The notes under the pieces were generated by a model. The model saw only the letters and a program-made list of their open reading frames with translations, was not told the DNA's origin and made no database searches. From contig NC_045697.1 in assembly GCF_009834535.1 (NCBI RefSeq), positions 44,766,001 to 44,830,000 of the forward strand: 64,000 nt of DNA, in the 5' to 3' direction. Both the position numbers and the translations under genes were made by a program. The DNA is from Camelus ferus. Its lineage: Eukaryota. Below, piece after piece: positions 1-13,405 of this stretch (position 1 is the stretch's first letter; each line of letters opens with the position of its first letter).

Positions 1-651
1 GCTAAGGACTCACAAGACTGTCCCGCAGTTTGGATGCCAGTCACAAGTCCCAGGTTGTGACCAACTGGCTGTACATTGGAGGTTCCCACAATCCCCTCCT
101 CAGATTTGATAATTTGCCAGAGTGGCTCATGGAATGCAGGAAAGTGTTGTACTATTACTGGTTTATTGTTAAGGATACAACTCAGGAACCGCCAAAAAGA
201 AAAAACAGATGCATTGAGCAAGGTCTGGGTGCATGGAGCTTCCACGTCCTATCTGGGTGCGCCACCTCCCAGCACCTGTGAGTGTCCACCAACCTGGAAG
301 CGCCCTGAATTCCCCCCATTAGAGTTTTTATGTAGGCATTATTGATAAATCATTGGCCATTGGTGATTAACTCGATCTCCAGTCCCTCTTTCCTCCTTGG
401 AGGTTGGAGGGTGGAGGGTGGAGCTGAAGGTTCCAACCCTTGAATCTCCTGATTGGTTCCTGTTGGTTCCATCCTCCAAGAGTCACCTCATTAGCAGAAA
501 CTCAGGTATGGCTGAAAAGAGCTTGTTACAGATAACAAAATACATTCCTCTTAATGCTGTCACTCAGCAAATTCCAAGGGTTTTAGGTGGGCTGTGCCAG
601 GAATGCAGGATGAAGACCAAGCAGTATTTCTTATTATATCACAATATCACA
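1..651 (-). mobile_element. MER21-like LTR, truncated by the window start
   Basis: Ends in ttattatatcacaatatcaca, the reverse complement of the MER21 start as I recall it; internal ggttcccacaatcccctcctcag and ggagctgaaggttccaaccct segments are typical of MER21. Confidence 0.75.
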
Positions 652-2259
652 GAGCCGTTTCTCTGATTTAGGTGAAAGGGTCTGTAACAAAGAAAATTAT
701 TACTAATCGTAATTACTGTTTTTAACATTCACAATCAATCTAGTCGTGCTGGTGTAATCCAGGTGTCCCTTGAGGGAGGCTGTTTCATGGTCACCTCTGG
801 CTTCTAGTTCTGTTTATTAAATCAGTGCACTGTTTCACACGTGCTATCCCAGTATTGCAGAGTCAACAGAAACAGAAAACAAAAAAATACCTTTTTTTGG
901 ACAATCCCTTACTGCATATCCCCCCAACCCCATACCAAAAAAATACCCACCAAAATCAATCACCAGAGATCTCTGAGTAGGACCTTATGGAGCATCGAAG
1001 GGGGCGTGCATTCTGTAACAACATTAATAATTTGAAATTGAAATTAAATTTTGATATTTCCATTCACAAAAAGACCTCTTGGCCATTTCCTTGAACTCTG
1101 ATTTTTCTGGTTTTCTGTTTCTGAGTTTTCCTTTACTGGTCCTAGCTACTCTTAAAAGTTCTCCTTGTCTGATTTTCTCTACCTACTGTCTTCAAAGTCT
1201 GCTCCAGGCTTCTCTCTCTGCAAACGGAAGAGCTGTTAATGTACTCTGAAAAATATGGGCCTTTCTTCCTTCTCTGGTCATCTTTAATAGAGAAAGAAAC
1301 CATGCAGAATAGATCCTCACTGATATGAAATATGCCCCCGTGCACCCCCCTCCCCCACCCCCTACACAGTAGAACTGGCTCATTCATTTTGGTTCTGGTA
1401 GCATTTGATATGATTTTCTGTTTGCACATAGAAGAAATATAGTTTTAGAATTTTGCTCAAACGTGCTTTGGCTATAGGATAAGTAGTGATGATCTGGCAT
1501 AAGCAATCATTGCTTAGTGTGACTGTCTTACTACACAATCTGTCCTGCCCCTCAGGGGCACAATTTGCTTTGTGTTTTCTTATCTCAATATTGGTTTTAT
1601 CCGTTAAATCAATCCATTAGGATAAGGGTAGGTGTGATGGAATAGAGATTGTAGAATTGTCTGGCAATAAGCAGTGTGTCCAGGTATGTTTGGAGAGCGG
1701 CTGCCTTTTGTGAACAGGCCCAAGCCAACTTGGATATTGCTTTTGGATGGATCTCAGTGGTCCCTACTAGTTAGAGGGGCAAGATGATAAGCTACCCCTT
1801 CCCCTCTCCCTCCAACACATGTATACTCTTGATGCCAGGTTATAATGAAAGCAAGCCTTAGACTAAATTGTTCCCCTCATGAAGATGCTAATTTGCAGGA
1901 CAGTCATTTGGCTTGTTCTGCAGGCAGGTAGACGAAGCTCCAGCTCTGCCCCGTGTGGTCACCTGAAAGCATCTTGCAGGAAAGGCTCGCCTGAGGCAAA
2001 CGTGGCAGCATTCCAGTGTCACGATTCAGTGAACTGCTGGGAAACCACAGATCCTCCGACCCGCTGGCTGGGCACTCATCTGTAGAGATTAATCTACAAC
2101 TACAGGGCTTATTATATTATTATAGTGTTTTCATGTACATTCAGGTGAGTGTCCCAAATCATCTGTTCTGATTATACCTAATTTCACCAGTAACCCATCC
2201 CTAGCATCCGTGGTGCTAATTAACAAGCCATTAATTTTACCAGTGAAAACCTTTTTCAG

Positions 2260-2302
2260 CATTTCTTGAGCCGAATGTCAAAACCTCTGGTGTTGATCAG
2301 AG
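2260..2302 (+). CDS. Candidate internal coding exon (43 nt, xFLEPNVKTSGVDQR/S), gene unidentified
   Basis: Acceptor ctttttcag and donor AG|gtaagg; open frame ending in phase 2; no repeat recognised here. No protein homology recognised. Confidence 0.25.
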
Positions 2303-5300
2303 GTAAGGAAAGCTGAAGGCTTGTGGTTGCCCCTGACTAAGTGGTGGCTGACTACCCTGGGGTGTGCATTTCTAATTAGGGCAACTGCAGTTTGAGTGTA
2401 GTGTAAACCAACAACGATGTAACATCATGCTGTAACAAACAGGAGTTGTGAGGGGGAGCATCTCTTGTTCCAAGATGTTCAAGTATCTGGAATGTTCTTT
2501 CCAACCACCGGGCATCATTAAGAAGCCTCCTAGACTACAGAGACAAAATGACATCTCTCCTTTCTCTGTGGTGCAAGATTGCAAACAAGAGCAGAATTCG
2601 CTGTTGTAAGCAGACATGAATGGAGACAGTCTGGTTTCACAGGAGCACGTCTTGGCAGCCGTTCTGACGGATTAAACTGTAGACCTTTCTAAAGGGATAG
2701 GTATCTACTTTTCTGGAGTGTAAACTTTGTTCCCCTAAAGTATGAATTGAAAGAAATGCTAGAAAAATGCAGAAAATAAATTCCCAGAAACCTCTATGTG
2801 ATTCCTTGTTTTTCATTTCTTGTGGTAAATATTGCTCACAATTTGCAGACCAAATAAGTGCCATGGCAACTTGAAACTCTGCCCATCATTAAGTCTGTTT
2901 TTTTTCTTTTCTCTTCTCTTCTTCCTGTTCATTTTGTGTGCCAATTCAGACAAATTGATAGCTTGTCCCATTAAGGAGAAAAAGACAAATAAAGGAAATA
3001 GACAATTAACCTTCCTAACCAACCTCCAAAATAAAATATTCATGGAAACTAAGGTTCTTAATTAGCCAACAGCCATGGAAAAACAAGTTTATGAAAGGCC
3101 ACTTGAAAATTGGGATTGCAGACACATCTGAATTTTTACATTGTTTAAGGTAGATTGCAAATTAATTTCCCTAATTGGGATCTCAAACATTTCAATAGTA
3201 GAAATCTTATGTCAAGTTCTTTGGGAGGAGTTAGATATGAGTTAATGATTTGACTGATACTTGTGTCCTAGAGAGCAGAGTTCAAATTATGATGTGTGCT
3301 ATTTTATTTTATTTTTTTATACATACATATATTAATTTTCATATTCTTTTTCATTAAAAGTTATTACAAGACAAATGTGAATGAATGGGTTACTATCAGT
3401 CATTGTGGATTGCTTATGCTTGGACTAATTCTACACATTGTGGCCATCACATCTATGAATGGATTTCCCTCAGTCTGCACTGTTCTATTCTTGCTGTCAC
3501 CCTGACCTCTCCAGTCTGAACTATGTCATTTATATTGTGCTAAGTCTGGAGTTTCTTCAACAATAGGATAGTGAAGCCAGAGGGGAGACTTGGATTTGGG
3601 TCTGGATCCATTCTGAGTCTCTGAGGTAGGGTCAGAAGGACAGATCCAACTACAAGTGCTGGGAAGTAGGTGAGTGTGGTGAGTGAAACATGGCACTGAG
3701 TAAGGAGGTAATTAAAGGATAACAGTCTGTGAACAGGGTCAGGAAGGATGCAGCCCTGGTCCCCACCAGCCCTACGCCTCCATGCCATGGTCAGCCGTCA
3801 CTATTGATCATGACGTCCCGTCCTCTAGGACCTAGATGAGACCTTGGACTTGTTTTCAACAAAGTATTCTAGGCAGCCAGGACACTGAAGTGAATTGATA
3901 TTTGTGGTCTAATTTGCTGACCCATCTGGAGCATAAGAAACCACAGAGCCCGCAGTCTGCGGCCCAGCAGTCAGGCAGGCCGCAGCACTGTTGGAGCAGG
4001 CTCCTGCTACCTACCGGCCTGAAACTCCAGTCCTCTGGAGAGTGTCAAGTAACAGCAAGGCACAGAGCACTCAGCTGTTAAGGATGTGGATCCAGGATGT
4101 GGGCAGGTTACCAAGATGGGGAGCAGGACAGAGTTCTAGAACTGGACTCTTAAGTGGGGCCAAGTGCTCAAGAAGCAGGAAAAGTCCTGTTATCAGGACA
4201 GAGGAGCAAAGGTAAAGCTGAGTTGACCGCGAGGAGAGCTGCCACTGCTCCCGGGAGTCATGGGAGAGAAACAGGAGAGAGAAAACACAGTCTTCAGTGG
4301 GTGCCTGCTGTGTGCCAGGGACTGTTTGGTACTTTACAGACGTGATCTGATTTCAAGGGTAGCTTCCAATATCCCTTCTGCCTAAGAGTAGATTTATTCC
4401 TGAGGTGGATCCAGGCCAAGCTGCAGAGGCCTAGGGCCAGGCCAGGGCCGTCATTTGCCACCTACTCTCATTACTTGTCTTTTTAAATCCCCAACTAGAT
4501 TTTAAACATCTGAGGGAAGACACTGGGCCTCCTGCTTCTTTGTATTCTCCTCAGCATCCGACTTGCTGTAGGCACTCAGTACATACTTGTTAATTGACTG
4601 CTGTATCCTGGTACATGCAACATCTGTTTCAGAAGAAACCTACTTCTGGGGATTGTGTCTCAGAGCAGATCTCTGTGAGACCAAGTCCCAATTGGCCTTG
4701 CGTTGTTATCTCATGGAGTCGTTGAAGCAGCAGTTAACAACAGGAGGAAGCAAAATCTAGATCTAAACATGGCATAAGTGATTGGACAGAATTCATCCAG
4801 TGGGACACTCTCCACGTGGAACTTCTATGTGAGGAAGAGTCTAGGCTGAAAACTACGAAAGCCATGAAAGGAAACAGTACAGAATTCTTACCATGTCTCT
4901 AGGATGGGACTTCACGTGTCCCAGGATCTGTCCTCCACAAGCCCTGTTCACCTCAGTGTGCCTTTTGTGTTGTAGAAATTCCTATGAGTGAATATGTTAA
5001 ACATGTTAAAATATACTCTGTCAGCCTCTAGAAAATTTAAATTAAACCAGTCCTCTGTTTTGCAAAATCAAGATTATGATATTCTTTCTGCTAGGGCTGT
5101 CAGGTTAAGATTGGTATGGCAAGAGGAAACTTTTGCCTAAATTAAAAATAACCCTAAAAGACAGACCCAATCGTCATTCAACGGGGGCATCTCCCTTTAG
5201 ATGTGCATGGTGGGTGCTGTGACATGTGGGTGAAATGACAGGGCTCTGGTCTTCTACGTTGTCACTCACTTGTTTGGGCAAGGTGATTGGCCTCTCTGAT

Positions 5301-6239
5301 TCTTGCTTTCTTTGTCTGTAAAATGAGGATAGCAATGCCTGCTGCGCAATTTTTATAAGGATTCAAGAGAATGCTCACAAACTGTGTAGCGTGCAGTGGC
5401 TGCCAGATGAAATGTGGGCATTATTACTAAACTTTTGATTGTTTTTTGGAAATAAGGAGACCAACCCATTCTTACCTGTTTTTCATTCTTTTCTGACTTT
5501 TCCTTTATCCAAAAAACAAATCAACAAATCAACAAAATGCAAAGTCATTATGATGATTTTTTTTGGTCTTTTTGTTCATTGGATGTGGAAGTATTTGTCA
5601 TTTATTATTTTATCACTCAGGCAACAGAAACCATAACGTGTGTGCAAATGCAGACATCGAAGTGCATGCTTGTAATCAGAGCAATTTATACGAAAAGTTA
5701 GGGAATTCACAGTAGGGAGACAAGGGCAAGATGAGTCTTTGATCTACAGGTACTACTGAAAGAAACAAACATGAATTCCAAAAAGCAAATTTCGAGGCTG
5801 TCTCCCCACCACACCCCCATCTCTGCCATGTTCTTCCTTTCACGTTACGGTTTTGAGTATTTGTTCTAGCTTTCAGCCATCTTTCAATCCTAAGTGATCT
5901 TACTTAGGAGCTGTCTCTCATATCTCTTAGGCAACCATGAAAAATCAGAGCGAAATGACCTAAGGCAATTCTAACCCAACAGCATCTTGGTGCACCTTTT
6001 CACTTAAAGGAAAACATCAACTCATGATAAGAGGGAGACTGCTATGTTGTGTGCATGGGTGTGTGGCCCTTGTCATACAGAACTGTTTAATATTCTGCAA
6101 AAATATTTTTACAAGCTTAGTTCCAGTTACCATAATCATGACAATAATTTTTCACACCTTGGCACCTATTAAATTAGCAACCAAGTTCTTTTCTTGAGCC
6201 ATTATTCAAATGGATTCTGTCTGCATTCAAATAAACCTC

Positions 6240-6430
6240 AAGATCATAGAAATTAACAATGGGGAAAGTACATTAAATCACCTAGTCTATTTCTTTGATA
6301 GGGGAGAATTGATCTTTACATCATAATCTCTAGTGCTTTGTCCAGTCTGTTTTAAATGTCTTAAATGTTATGCTCATTCTGGGTGGTCATCTTATCAAAT
6401 TCCAGGGGAAATTCTTTTTCACAGCCTGCT
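6240..6430. mobile_element. L3/CR1 LINE fragment (ancient)
   Basis: catagaa...cacctagtct...tttgtccagtctgttttaaatgtc resembles the CR1/L3 3' end. Confidence 0.4.
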
Positions 6431-6515
6431 AGAATATATATGGATTTTCTGATGCTCTGCAATTTGCCAGTGTTCAGAGCCGCCAGGAATCAGGCAATGA
6501 ATTTTCCAGAGCAGA

Positions 6516-6516
<1 letters not shown>

Positions 6517-6544
<28 letters not shown>
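6517..6544. repeat. (TG)14 microsatellite
   Basis: Directly visible. Confidence 0.97.
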
Positions 6545-6546
<2 letters not shown>

Positions 6547-7299
6547 TGCATTGAAGTGGGTAGGGTAGGCTATGTGAGGGGGCAAAAAGACAAACAGAGG
6601 GCAACCTGAGAAGGATGATACGTTTGATTATATTTGAGATTTGACAGTTGTTTGTTTTCATTTTGTAATATTCTGAGTGGCGTGGGGAATTGAAGTAGAT
6701 GTAATCACAAAGCCAAGAGAGAGGCAATGAAGAATGTGGGCAGATCTGATGCCAGTTTGAGTAGTAATTATGAAATTTTTATTAGGTCAAATATCTACAA
6801 GCTACCTAAAAAAATTCTTTAACTTAAGTTTAAATTTTATTAATCTTACACATGGATAGTGTAAGTTACAGGCTCTAAAATAGAAAGTCAGAGTGTAGGC
6901 ATTCTAATGTTACCTGTTTTTCTCTCTTTATAATTCATTTGCAGTATTCCAATTAGATACCTAGGAAGATAGACAGACAGACAGATGGACAGGTGAAATA
7001 GGCTTCTGTAGTCACCATCCAGCTCAAGAAACAGCATTATTAGTACAATGAACCCTTCCTTGATTGTTGTTTTATTTAACTCAAATGTTCTCTGTGTCCT
7101 TTTTTACAAAGCGAAATAAATGGAAAGTATGAATCAAGCACGTCATGAATGTTAGGGCACAACAAAAATGAAACAGATTTTATGATCTTATTACAACATA
7201 TCCAGTATTCAGATTTAACAAGTTTAATAGAAGACAGGGAAGGAGTTGGTGCCCGGAACTGACATGAAAAGCAGAAGGATCGCTTCTTTCAGAATCTCA

Positions 7300-7530
7300 T
7301 GAAATACAAGGCTCAGAAAGCACTTTCAGTTCATTCACCCTCTGTTGAGCGGCTTGAATTCCCCCTTTGGCATTGAGGACAAGTATTTGTTCAACTCCTG
7401 CTTGAATACCTTCTGTGATGGAAAAATCATTAGCACTCAAGCCTTCAGAAATAATGGTTTGAAGTTCCTTGTTTCCACTGAGACCCAAACTCTGCCTCAA
7501 CACTTTTACCCATAGACCCAACACTTAAGG
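7300..7530. mobile_element. L3/CR1 LINE fragment
   Basis: ctgcttgaataccttctgtgatgg...ttccactgagacccaaactctgcctc resembles L3/CR1. Confidence 0.5.
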
Positions 7531-7872
7531 GCCAGACAGAACGAATCTAATTTCTTGTAACAACTCTTCACACACTGAACACAGTTGTCATGGCCCCTTC
7601 CTCAACCCTCTTGGTGTTCCCACCCCTGTCCCTTAAGCTCATTCACTCTCTTGCAGATGAGGCCACTCCTGCTTGGCTTGTACCTGCCTTTCTTAAGCGG
7701 TGGGGTGGCTCCAGGCAAAGCCATTCTTCACAGTCTTCCTGAAATTCGTCCCTCAGTGCCTGAGATGTAACAAGGGCTTAATAGATACTTACTCAATGGA
7801 TAAGCATAGACTAGCCAGTCCTGAAGCATGTTTGTCTATGTTGTAAACCTTAGATTAGAAAAACCCATTTTG

Positions 7873-8125
7873 TTTTTTTTAATTGAAGTATAATCGATTT
7901 ACAAAATTGTGTTACTTTCTGATGTACAGCATAGTGATTCCGTTACACATATATATATTCCTTTTCATATTCTTTTTCCTTATAGGCCATTACGAGGTAC
8001 TGAATATAGTCCCCTGTGGTATACAGTAGGACCTTGTTGTTCATCTATTTAATATATAATCATTAATATCTACAAATCCCAAACTCCCACTTTATCCTTT
8101 CCTATTATCTACCCTCCCCTCCTTG
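7873..8125 (-). mobile_element. 5'-truncated L1 3' end (artiodactyl-type) with degenerate TSD
   Basis: Poly-T followed by aattgaagtataatcgatttacaa...tacagtaggaccttgttg. Flanks aaaacccattttgttt (7860-7875) and aaagcccattttcttt|aa (8126-8141) form a 16-bp TSD with 2 mismatches. Confidence 0.85.
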
Positions 8126-10366
8126 AAAGCCCATTTTCTTTAATACCTCCCATATCATTCTCTTCCCAAGTTTCAGTCCTCAGGACAGGTGAAAACACCA
8201 CCTTTGCTTCCAAATTCTTCAGTCTCCCAGGAACTGAGCCATCCTTTTTGATAAGCCAAAAACACAGCAAGCATTACTTCAAGCCTGCCTGTCCTCCACC
8301 TATTCTTCAGAGAAGTATGCATCGAACACGTACAATGCCTTCAATCGCCAGCTAAAATGTACTGAGTGTGAGCTGTTCACACACCGCAGAGCCCTCCTAT
8401 GACCTCTAGAGGCTGTGGCATAGATTTTTACAGCAATGGCATGGTGCTGTTACTCGGGCTGCTGCTGGCATGAGGGAGGTCTTTGTGCAAAGCAGGAAAA
8501 GGGGCCCCTCTGGTGGCTCACAGAAAACCTCTTGCATCCCCAATCTTCTGGCAGCCCCATTGCCTTCCCCACCAGACGCCTTTGTGGGCTCAACTCTCAG
8601 ACAAGCCAGTAATCAGATGACTGATAATAGAAAAACTCTTGGAAACATTTGTTGGTTAAAGGATGAAATTATTAAAAAAAAAACAGACCAAATGCTCATA
8701 ATTACTTTAAGGGAAACAAGCCACATGAATTTGTTTAAATTTGGCCAGGCCCGCAAACCCAGTCCACTTTGCTCAGACATGTGCACTTTTACATCGAAAA
8801 ATCTAACAAAGCCCTGAAGGGTGAGGAAGGCTTGTAATCTGAAAGTGGACCTGCTGTGGTTCCCAGTGCCGTTGAGTCTGCTGACTACAGAACCACGAGC
8901 TTTGCCTGTTCAGTTAAGCGCTGCTGCAGGGACAAAAGGTGGAGGAACCAACCCAGTAGGTTGCCTGCTGCTTGATGGTCCCAAGTCTTCAGCCCAGATA
9001 TTTGTCTAGTGAGGAAAAGCTGAGCTCATAAGGAAGTGGGGAATGCCGGGAAAAGCTTTAGCACATCTCTCGTAGGGAGGCCAAACACGAGATCAGTCAC
9101 TGCTTCCAGCCACTGCGGCAACTGCAGAGAATGAGATGTTAATTTATGCACATTGCCATCAGCAGCCTGGGAAGTGAGTTCTGTAATCTGTCTGATTCTC
9201 AGGCCCACAGAGCTGCCGCTCTGTAACCTCTGGGCTCCAGTCAGGAGCAGAGCCTTCCACTGCAGTGGCCACCACTGGGATCAGCAGACCTGACCCTACT
9301 TCCTAACTTCCTTTTCCATCCCCACGCTCTCCCACGAGTTCTTCCTTGCGTTCCCTGTACAACTCTGAGATGCCCTGGTAGTAGGACAATAAGGAAAACT
9401 TTGCATCCACTTAGAACAATTGGTGACTGGCTGGAAATGGTTTTCTACAGCCCATGGGGAAACAATGATTTGTGCGAGAATGAAATAGGTTTATTTCATG
9501 TGGTTTTAAGAGGCCATTTGGAACCACAGAAAAATAGCACCCAGCTTTGCAGTACTGGAAAGTTGAACTTGCAGGTTGTTTATGATTTTCCCCCCTAGAA
9601 AAGCCTATAATTTGGCTTTTTGGGGGGAGGGGGATGGAGAAGAGGTAATGAAATTATCAGCAAGAAAACCAGAATTCACCGCCTAGCAGTATGAATAATT
9701 GGAAGTTCCTAAATGGAAATTGGTAAGGTTACAGATGACATAGTATTTGTTGATGTAAAATGGGATGTCCCCAGGGGCATAGATAGCTTTAATTGTTCCT
9801 ATATGAGAGCTCTTATGAACCCGGGAGCTGTATTTTGTAGTATCTTTGTGGCAGGTGCCCTGGATAGCAACAAAGATATGTTTAATAAAGAAAACTTTAG
9901 ACGGAGCCAGAAGACTCACAGGGCAGTGCTTTGCACTGCATTGCAAGCATCATATGCCAAAGCTAATTTCCATTTGCTTTTTGTTCGAGTTCTATCACAT
10001 GTAGGGTGTCCTGTAGGGTTTAGCCATGTGCTTGACCTTGATGAAGTTCTCTGTTCATTTCCTGATTCATGTCCTGATCTCTGCAAGTGTTTCTTACTCA
10101 GTGGTGCTGGAAGGAAAGGAGACATGATTGGAGTTTTAGAGAGGCACGTGGGAGATGTGCATGGTTGGGTGTGAGGAGAGGTCAGACCGAGCAGACTGAG
10201 TGAGAGACTCCTTCTGGTGGACCTCTTATGCTGATGGCCCCGGTCACCCTCCAAGAGCTTGGGAAAATGTTACAGCTTTGGGTCATGGAGGAGAGGTCTG
10301 TGCCATTATTTCTGAGGCTGGTTGGTTCTTGATGTCGACTTGCCATGGTTCACTGGTTATTCACAG

Positions 10367-10607
10367 AATCACAGACGAAGAAACCCCACCTCAAGGGGTG
10401 ATCTCTGCAGTGTGTTCAAACTCATATTCACTAATTTCTGAGCCTCCTGCAGACCCCGTCTCAGCAGAAACCCTCTTTGAGCCCACTGTGTCCATTCTAA
10501 TGGTCACTCATCCTCAGAGGAAAGAGTTTTACACGCTGCTCCGGTACAGCAGTGCAAATATGCCCGGACCTTGGGACATGCGTCCTCCTCCCTTGGCTCC
10601 ACCCTGA
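10367..10607 (+). CDS. Candidate terminal coding exon (ITDEETPPQG...EFYTLLRYSSANMPGPWDMRPPPLAPP*), gene unidentified
   Basis: Acceptor ggttattcacag; phase 2, compatible with 2260-2302; open to TGA at 10605-10607; CpGs retained; AATAAA at 10921-10926. No homology recognised. Confidence 0.3.
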
Positions 10608-10928
10608 GCACAGGCCTCACCAAGGACTGGTCCATCTCCGAGGCCCAGACACCGCCCTGGTCACTTTTTACCCACTCTCTTTGAGCTGCTCTAAATCTCA
10701 CGTACTGGCTCTTCGATCTCACCGAGATGGCTATGCTCTGGACTTGCCTCCGGGGCTTGTCAGCGGCCTGATCTCCACTGCTTGCTCTAACCAGGCCACA
10801 CTTCATGGCTCTCCCTTCATTCAACATATTTCTAGATGCAGGCAAAGAAACCTCTGTCCTCATGGAGCTTACATTCTAGTTGGGAGAGAGAGAATTAAAA
10901 AAAAATAAGTAAAAAAAGAAAATAAACA

Positions 10929-10954
10929 ACACACACACACACACACACACACAC
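10929..10954. repeat. (AC)13 microsatellite
   Basis: Directly visible. Confidence 0.97.
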
Positions 10955-11469
10955 GACTATATATGAGGGTAGCGGGGGCATGTCAGACCTGTGGCACTGA
11001 GCTGCCCCTCTTCCCATGCTGAAGGACTCTACTAAGTACCAACCACCTTCTTTCTGGGGAGCCACAGAATGAGCCTTCCTCATCCTTCTTGGAGTTCTAT
11101 TACTAGCTCCTAAAGAAACTGGGTAAAGGGAGCAATTTTGCTGAAGATGGAGAGCTGCTTTAGTCACGACTCAGGAATAGACCCAGTATAGTAACCTGAA
11201 AATACGTGCCTTTGCCTTCATCCAAGTCTGAGTATTTGATTTGGGTTGATAGACCTAGTTAATTGTGGCACTGAAAGATTGGGCTCATCAATGCTCATGT
11301 CCAAAAGAAATGGATGTACCTATACAAAAAAAAAAATAATAATTTTTCCATTTAAACAAAATGTTGTTATCAACACAGTCTCATTTCAGCCTCACGAGAG
11401 TCTAAGAGGAAGGCAGAGCAGAGAGCACCTTCCATGTGACAGTATCATACCGGTGAAGTCTAGGCCTAC

Positions 11470-11760
11470 ACTATGTTTCCGTGAGCAAGTTTCTTAAATT
11501 CACAAAGTCTGTTTCTTCTCTAAAATGGGAATAGAGATACTTACTTTTCAGAATTCTGGTGAGGTTTTCATGAAAAATACGTAGGTAAGGTGCCTGCCTA
11601 GATCGTGCCTGGCACGTCATAGGGGTGCTGGATGACAGCTGTTCTTGTCATTATTACTATTTACAACTGAGGAAACTGAGGCTCACAGAGGAAGACCCTG
11701 GCCCAAGGGTGTTAATGGTGGGCTGAGAACCCAGATTCAGAGGCTGTCATTTTCCCACTA
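11470..11760. mobile_element. MIR SINE fragments (two, opposite orientation)
   Basis: MIR core motifs tctgtttcttctctaaaatgggaatag and tttacaactgaggaaactgaggctcacagagg. Confidence 0.75.
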
Positions 11761-12789
11761 TAGCACCAGTGTCCAGAGTCTGTCATGTGGTTGGTAGGAA
11801 TCTCTGTGCAGTATCCATATTAAATTTCGGGCAAATTGTCTTTTGTGCTTACGAATAATTAGTGCGGGTGATCTTGTCATGCGATGCTCATTTCAGAGGG
11901 AATTACACCTGTAGTCAGAGACACTGGCTTTTTAGGATCTAGATGGTCTCTTTAGGTCCTGAAGCATCATCAGGGACTTGGGTGAAGAAAGCACCAGGCT
12001 AGAGGAAGGAAGAGACGGCGAAGAAGGTGGCCCCAGGTCTTTCCGGTTCACTGGGGAGCTTCATGTGCCTGCTCCCAGACTCTCTTTTTCTAAGGAATAG
12101 GGTCTGCCATCTGAGGTGTGTAAATGAACTGATTCCCTAAGTGTGAATGATTGAGACCTTATTCCCTTCGCTCCTCCCTGAAAAAAAATATCAGGGTAGA
12201 CATACTGCTTGACCAAAATTGGCATGAAGAAGTGTTTAAAAACAACTCCACCCACCAGATTTTATCTGTCTTCAGACAAGACTGTTCTCTGCAATACAGC
12301 ACAAATGGGCGTTAAAAAAAAGGCTGAATGTCCCAAGTTTCAAATAATCAGTCCCGTTTTATAGGGCTTTATGATGATGAAGTGCCATGGACAAATGCCG
12401 TCTCATTTGAACTGAGCACCAGTTTTGCCAAGTAGAAGGGCAGATGTTCTTCTGCTGGCTTTAGTGGTGGCGGCTGAGACCATGGAGGGTGATCAAGTTG
12501 CAAACTCAAACCCCTGGTTCATCAGCCATGAAACAATAGGGGATGGGAGGCAGTCAAAGACTGCCTGGCCTGAACGTGTTTACATCTAACCGTGAAAACA
12601 AACAAGCCCCGTGCTGGCCTATTAAGATGTGTCTGTGGGGTCAGCGGGGCTCATCTCTTCTTTAGCATGTTATTGATAAGAACTTGTTGGTGGCAGAGCT
12701 GGCCCTAGATTCTAGGTCTCTGTCTCTGCATTCAATGCTCTTTCTGTAGATCCTTATCACCTCACATGTGTAGTCTCTTGGATTCTGTG

Positions 12790-13030
12790 AATAATAACAA
12801 TAGTACTATTTACTGAGCATTTTACAATTGCCAGGGCCTGCTCTCTCTCCAGTGCGTTTGCTCATTTATTTAAATATCATGACAACCCTATAAGGTTCTA
12901 CCATATTGCACCCATATTGCAGATAAGGACAGTGAAACCCCAGGAGGGGAAGAGAGCTGTCCATCACCTTCACACGGCTCAGAGCCAGAGGAGCCAGAGT
13001 GTATGGTGTATGCTTTTAGCCGCTGTGTGG
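12790..13030 (-). mobile_element. MIR SINE
   Basis: atttactgagcatttta...acaaccctataagg...cccatattgcagataaggacagtgaaacc. Confidence 0.7.
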
Positions 13031-13405
13031 TATTAGAGCACTAACCCATTCTCTGAAAACTGAAAAGCAAACAAAACCTTTGTTAACCTGAGGCACAAGT
13101 ACAACGTCTTCTTAAAGTATGCTGTTTTTGAGAAATCTCTTTATGATCTAAAGGTAAAGTAAAGACTGAGCATCACTCTCAGGGCTCTGGCTGGCTTTCC
13201 AAGCCTTGGCCAGGATGGCATCTGGAAGTCAGGACCCTCTAGCAGTAGGAGAAGCCTTGAGGCAGCAGGAACAGAACAGGGAGAGCTAGCCCGGGGAGAT
13301 GCATGCTTCTGTTTGGTAGGAAATATGACGGGAGGTATAATGGATGTATGTCCTCAAAGTAATTTGCATATGTTCTCATATCTTTCTCCTCTCAATCAAA
13401 ATTTC

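Noticed and set aside
2086..2144. Exon ending at the strong donor CAG|gtgagt (2144)
   Set aside because: From the two more plausible acceptors (2086, 2106), the frame compatible with 2260-2302 contains stops.
7297..7524. Protein-looking 75-aa minus-strand ORF
   Set aside because: Coincides with an L3/CR1-like fragment.
9713..10174. 153-aa ATG ORF
   Set aside because: No recognisable domain, includes L2-like sequence near 9830-9890, and this length can arise by chance in 64 kb.
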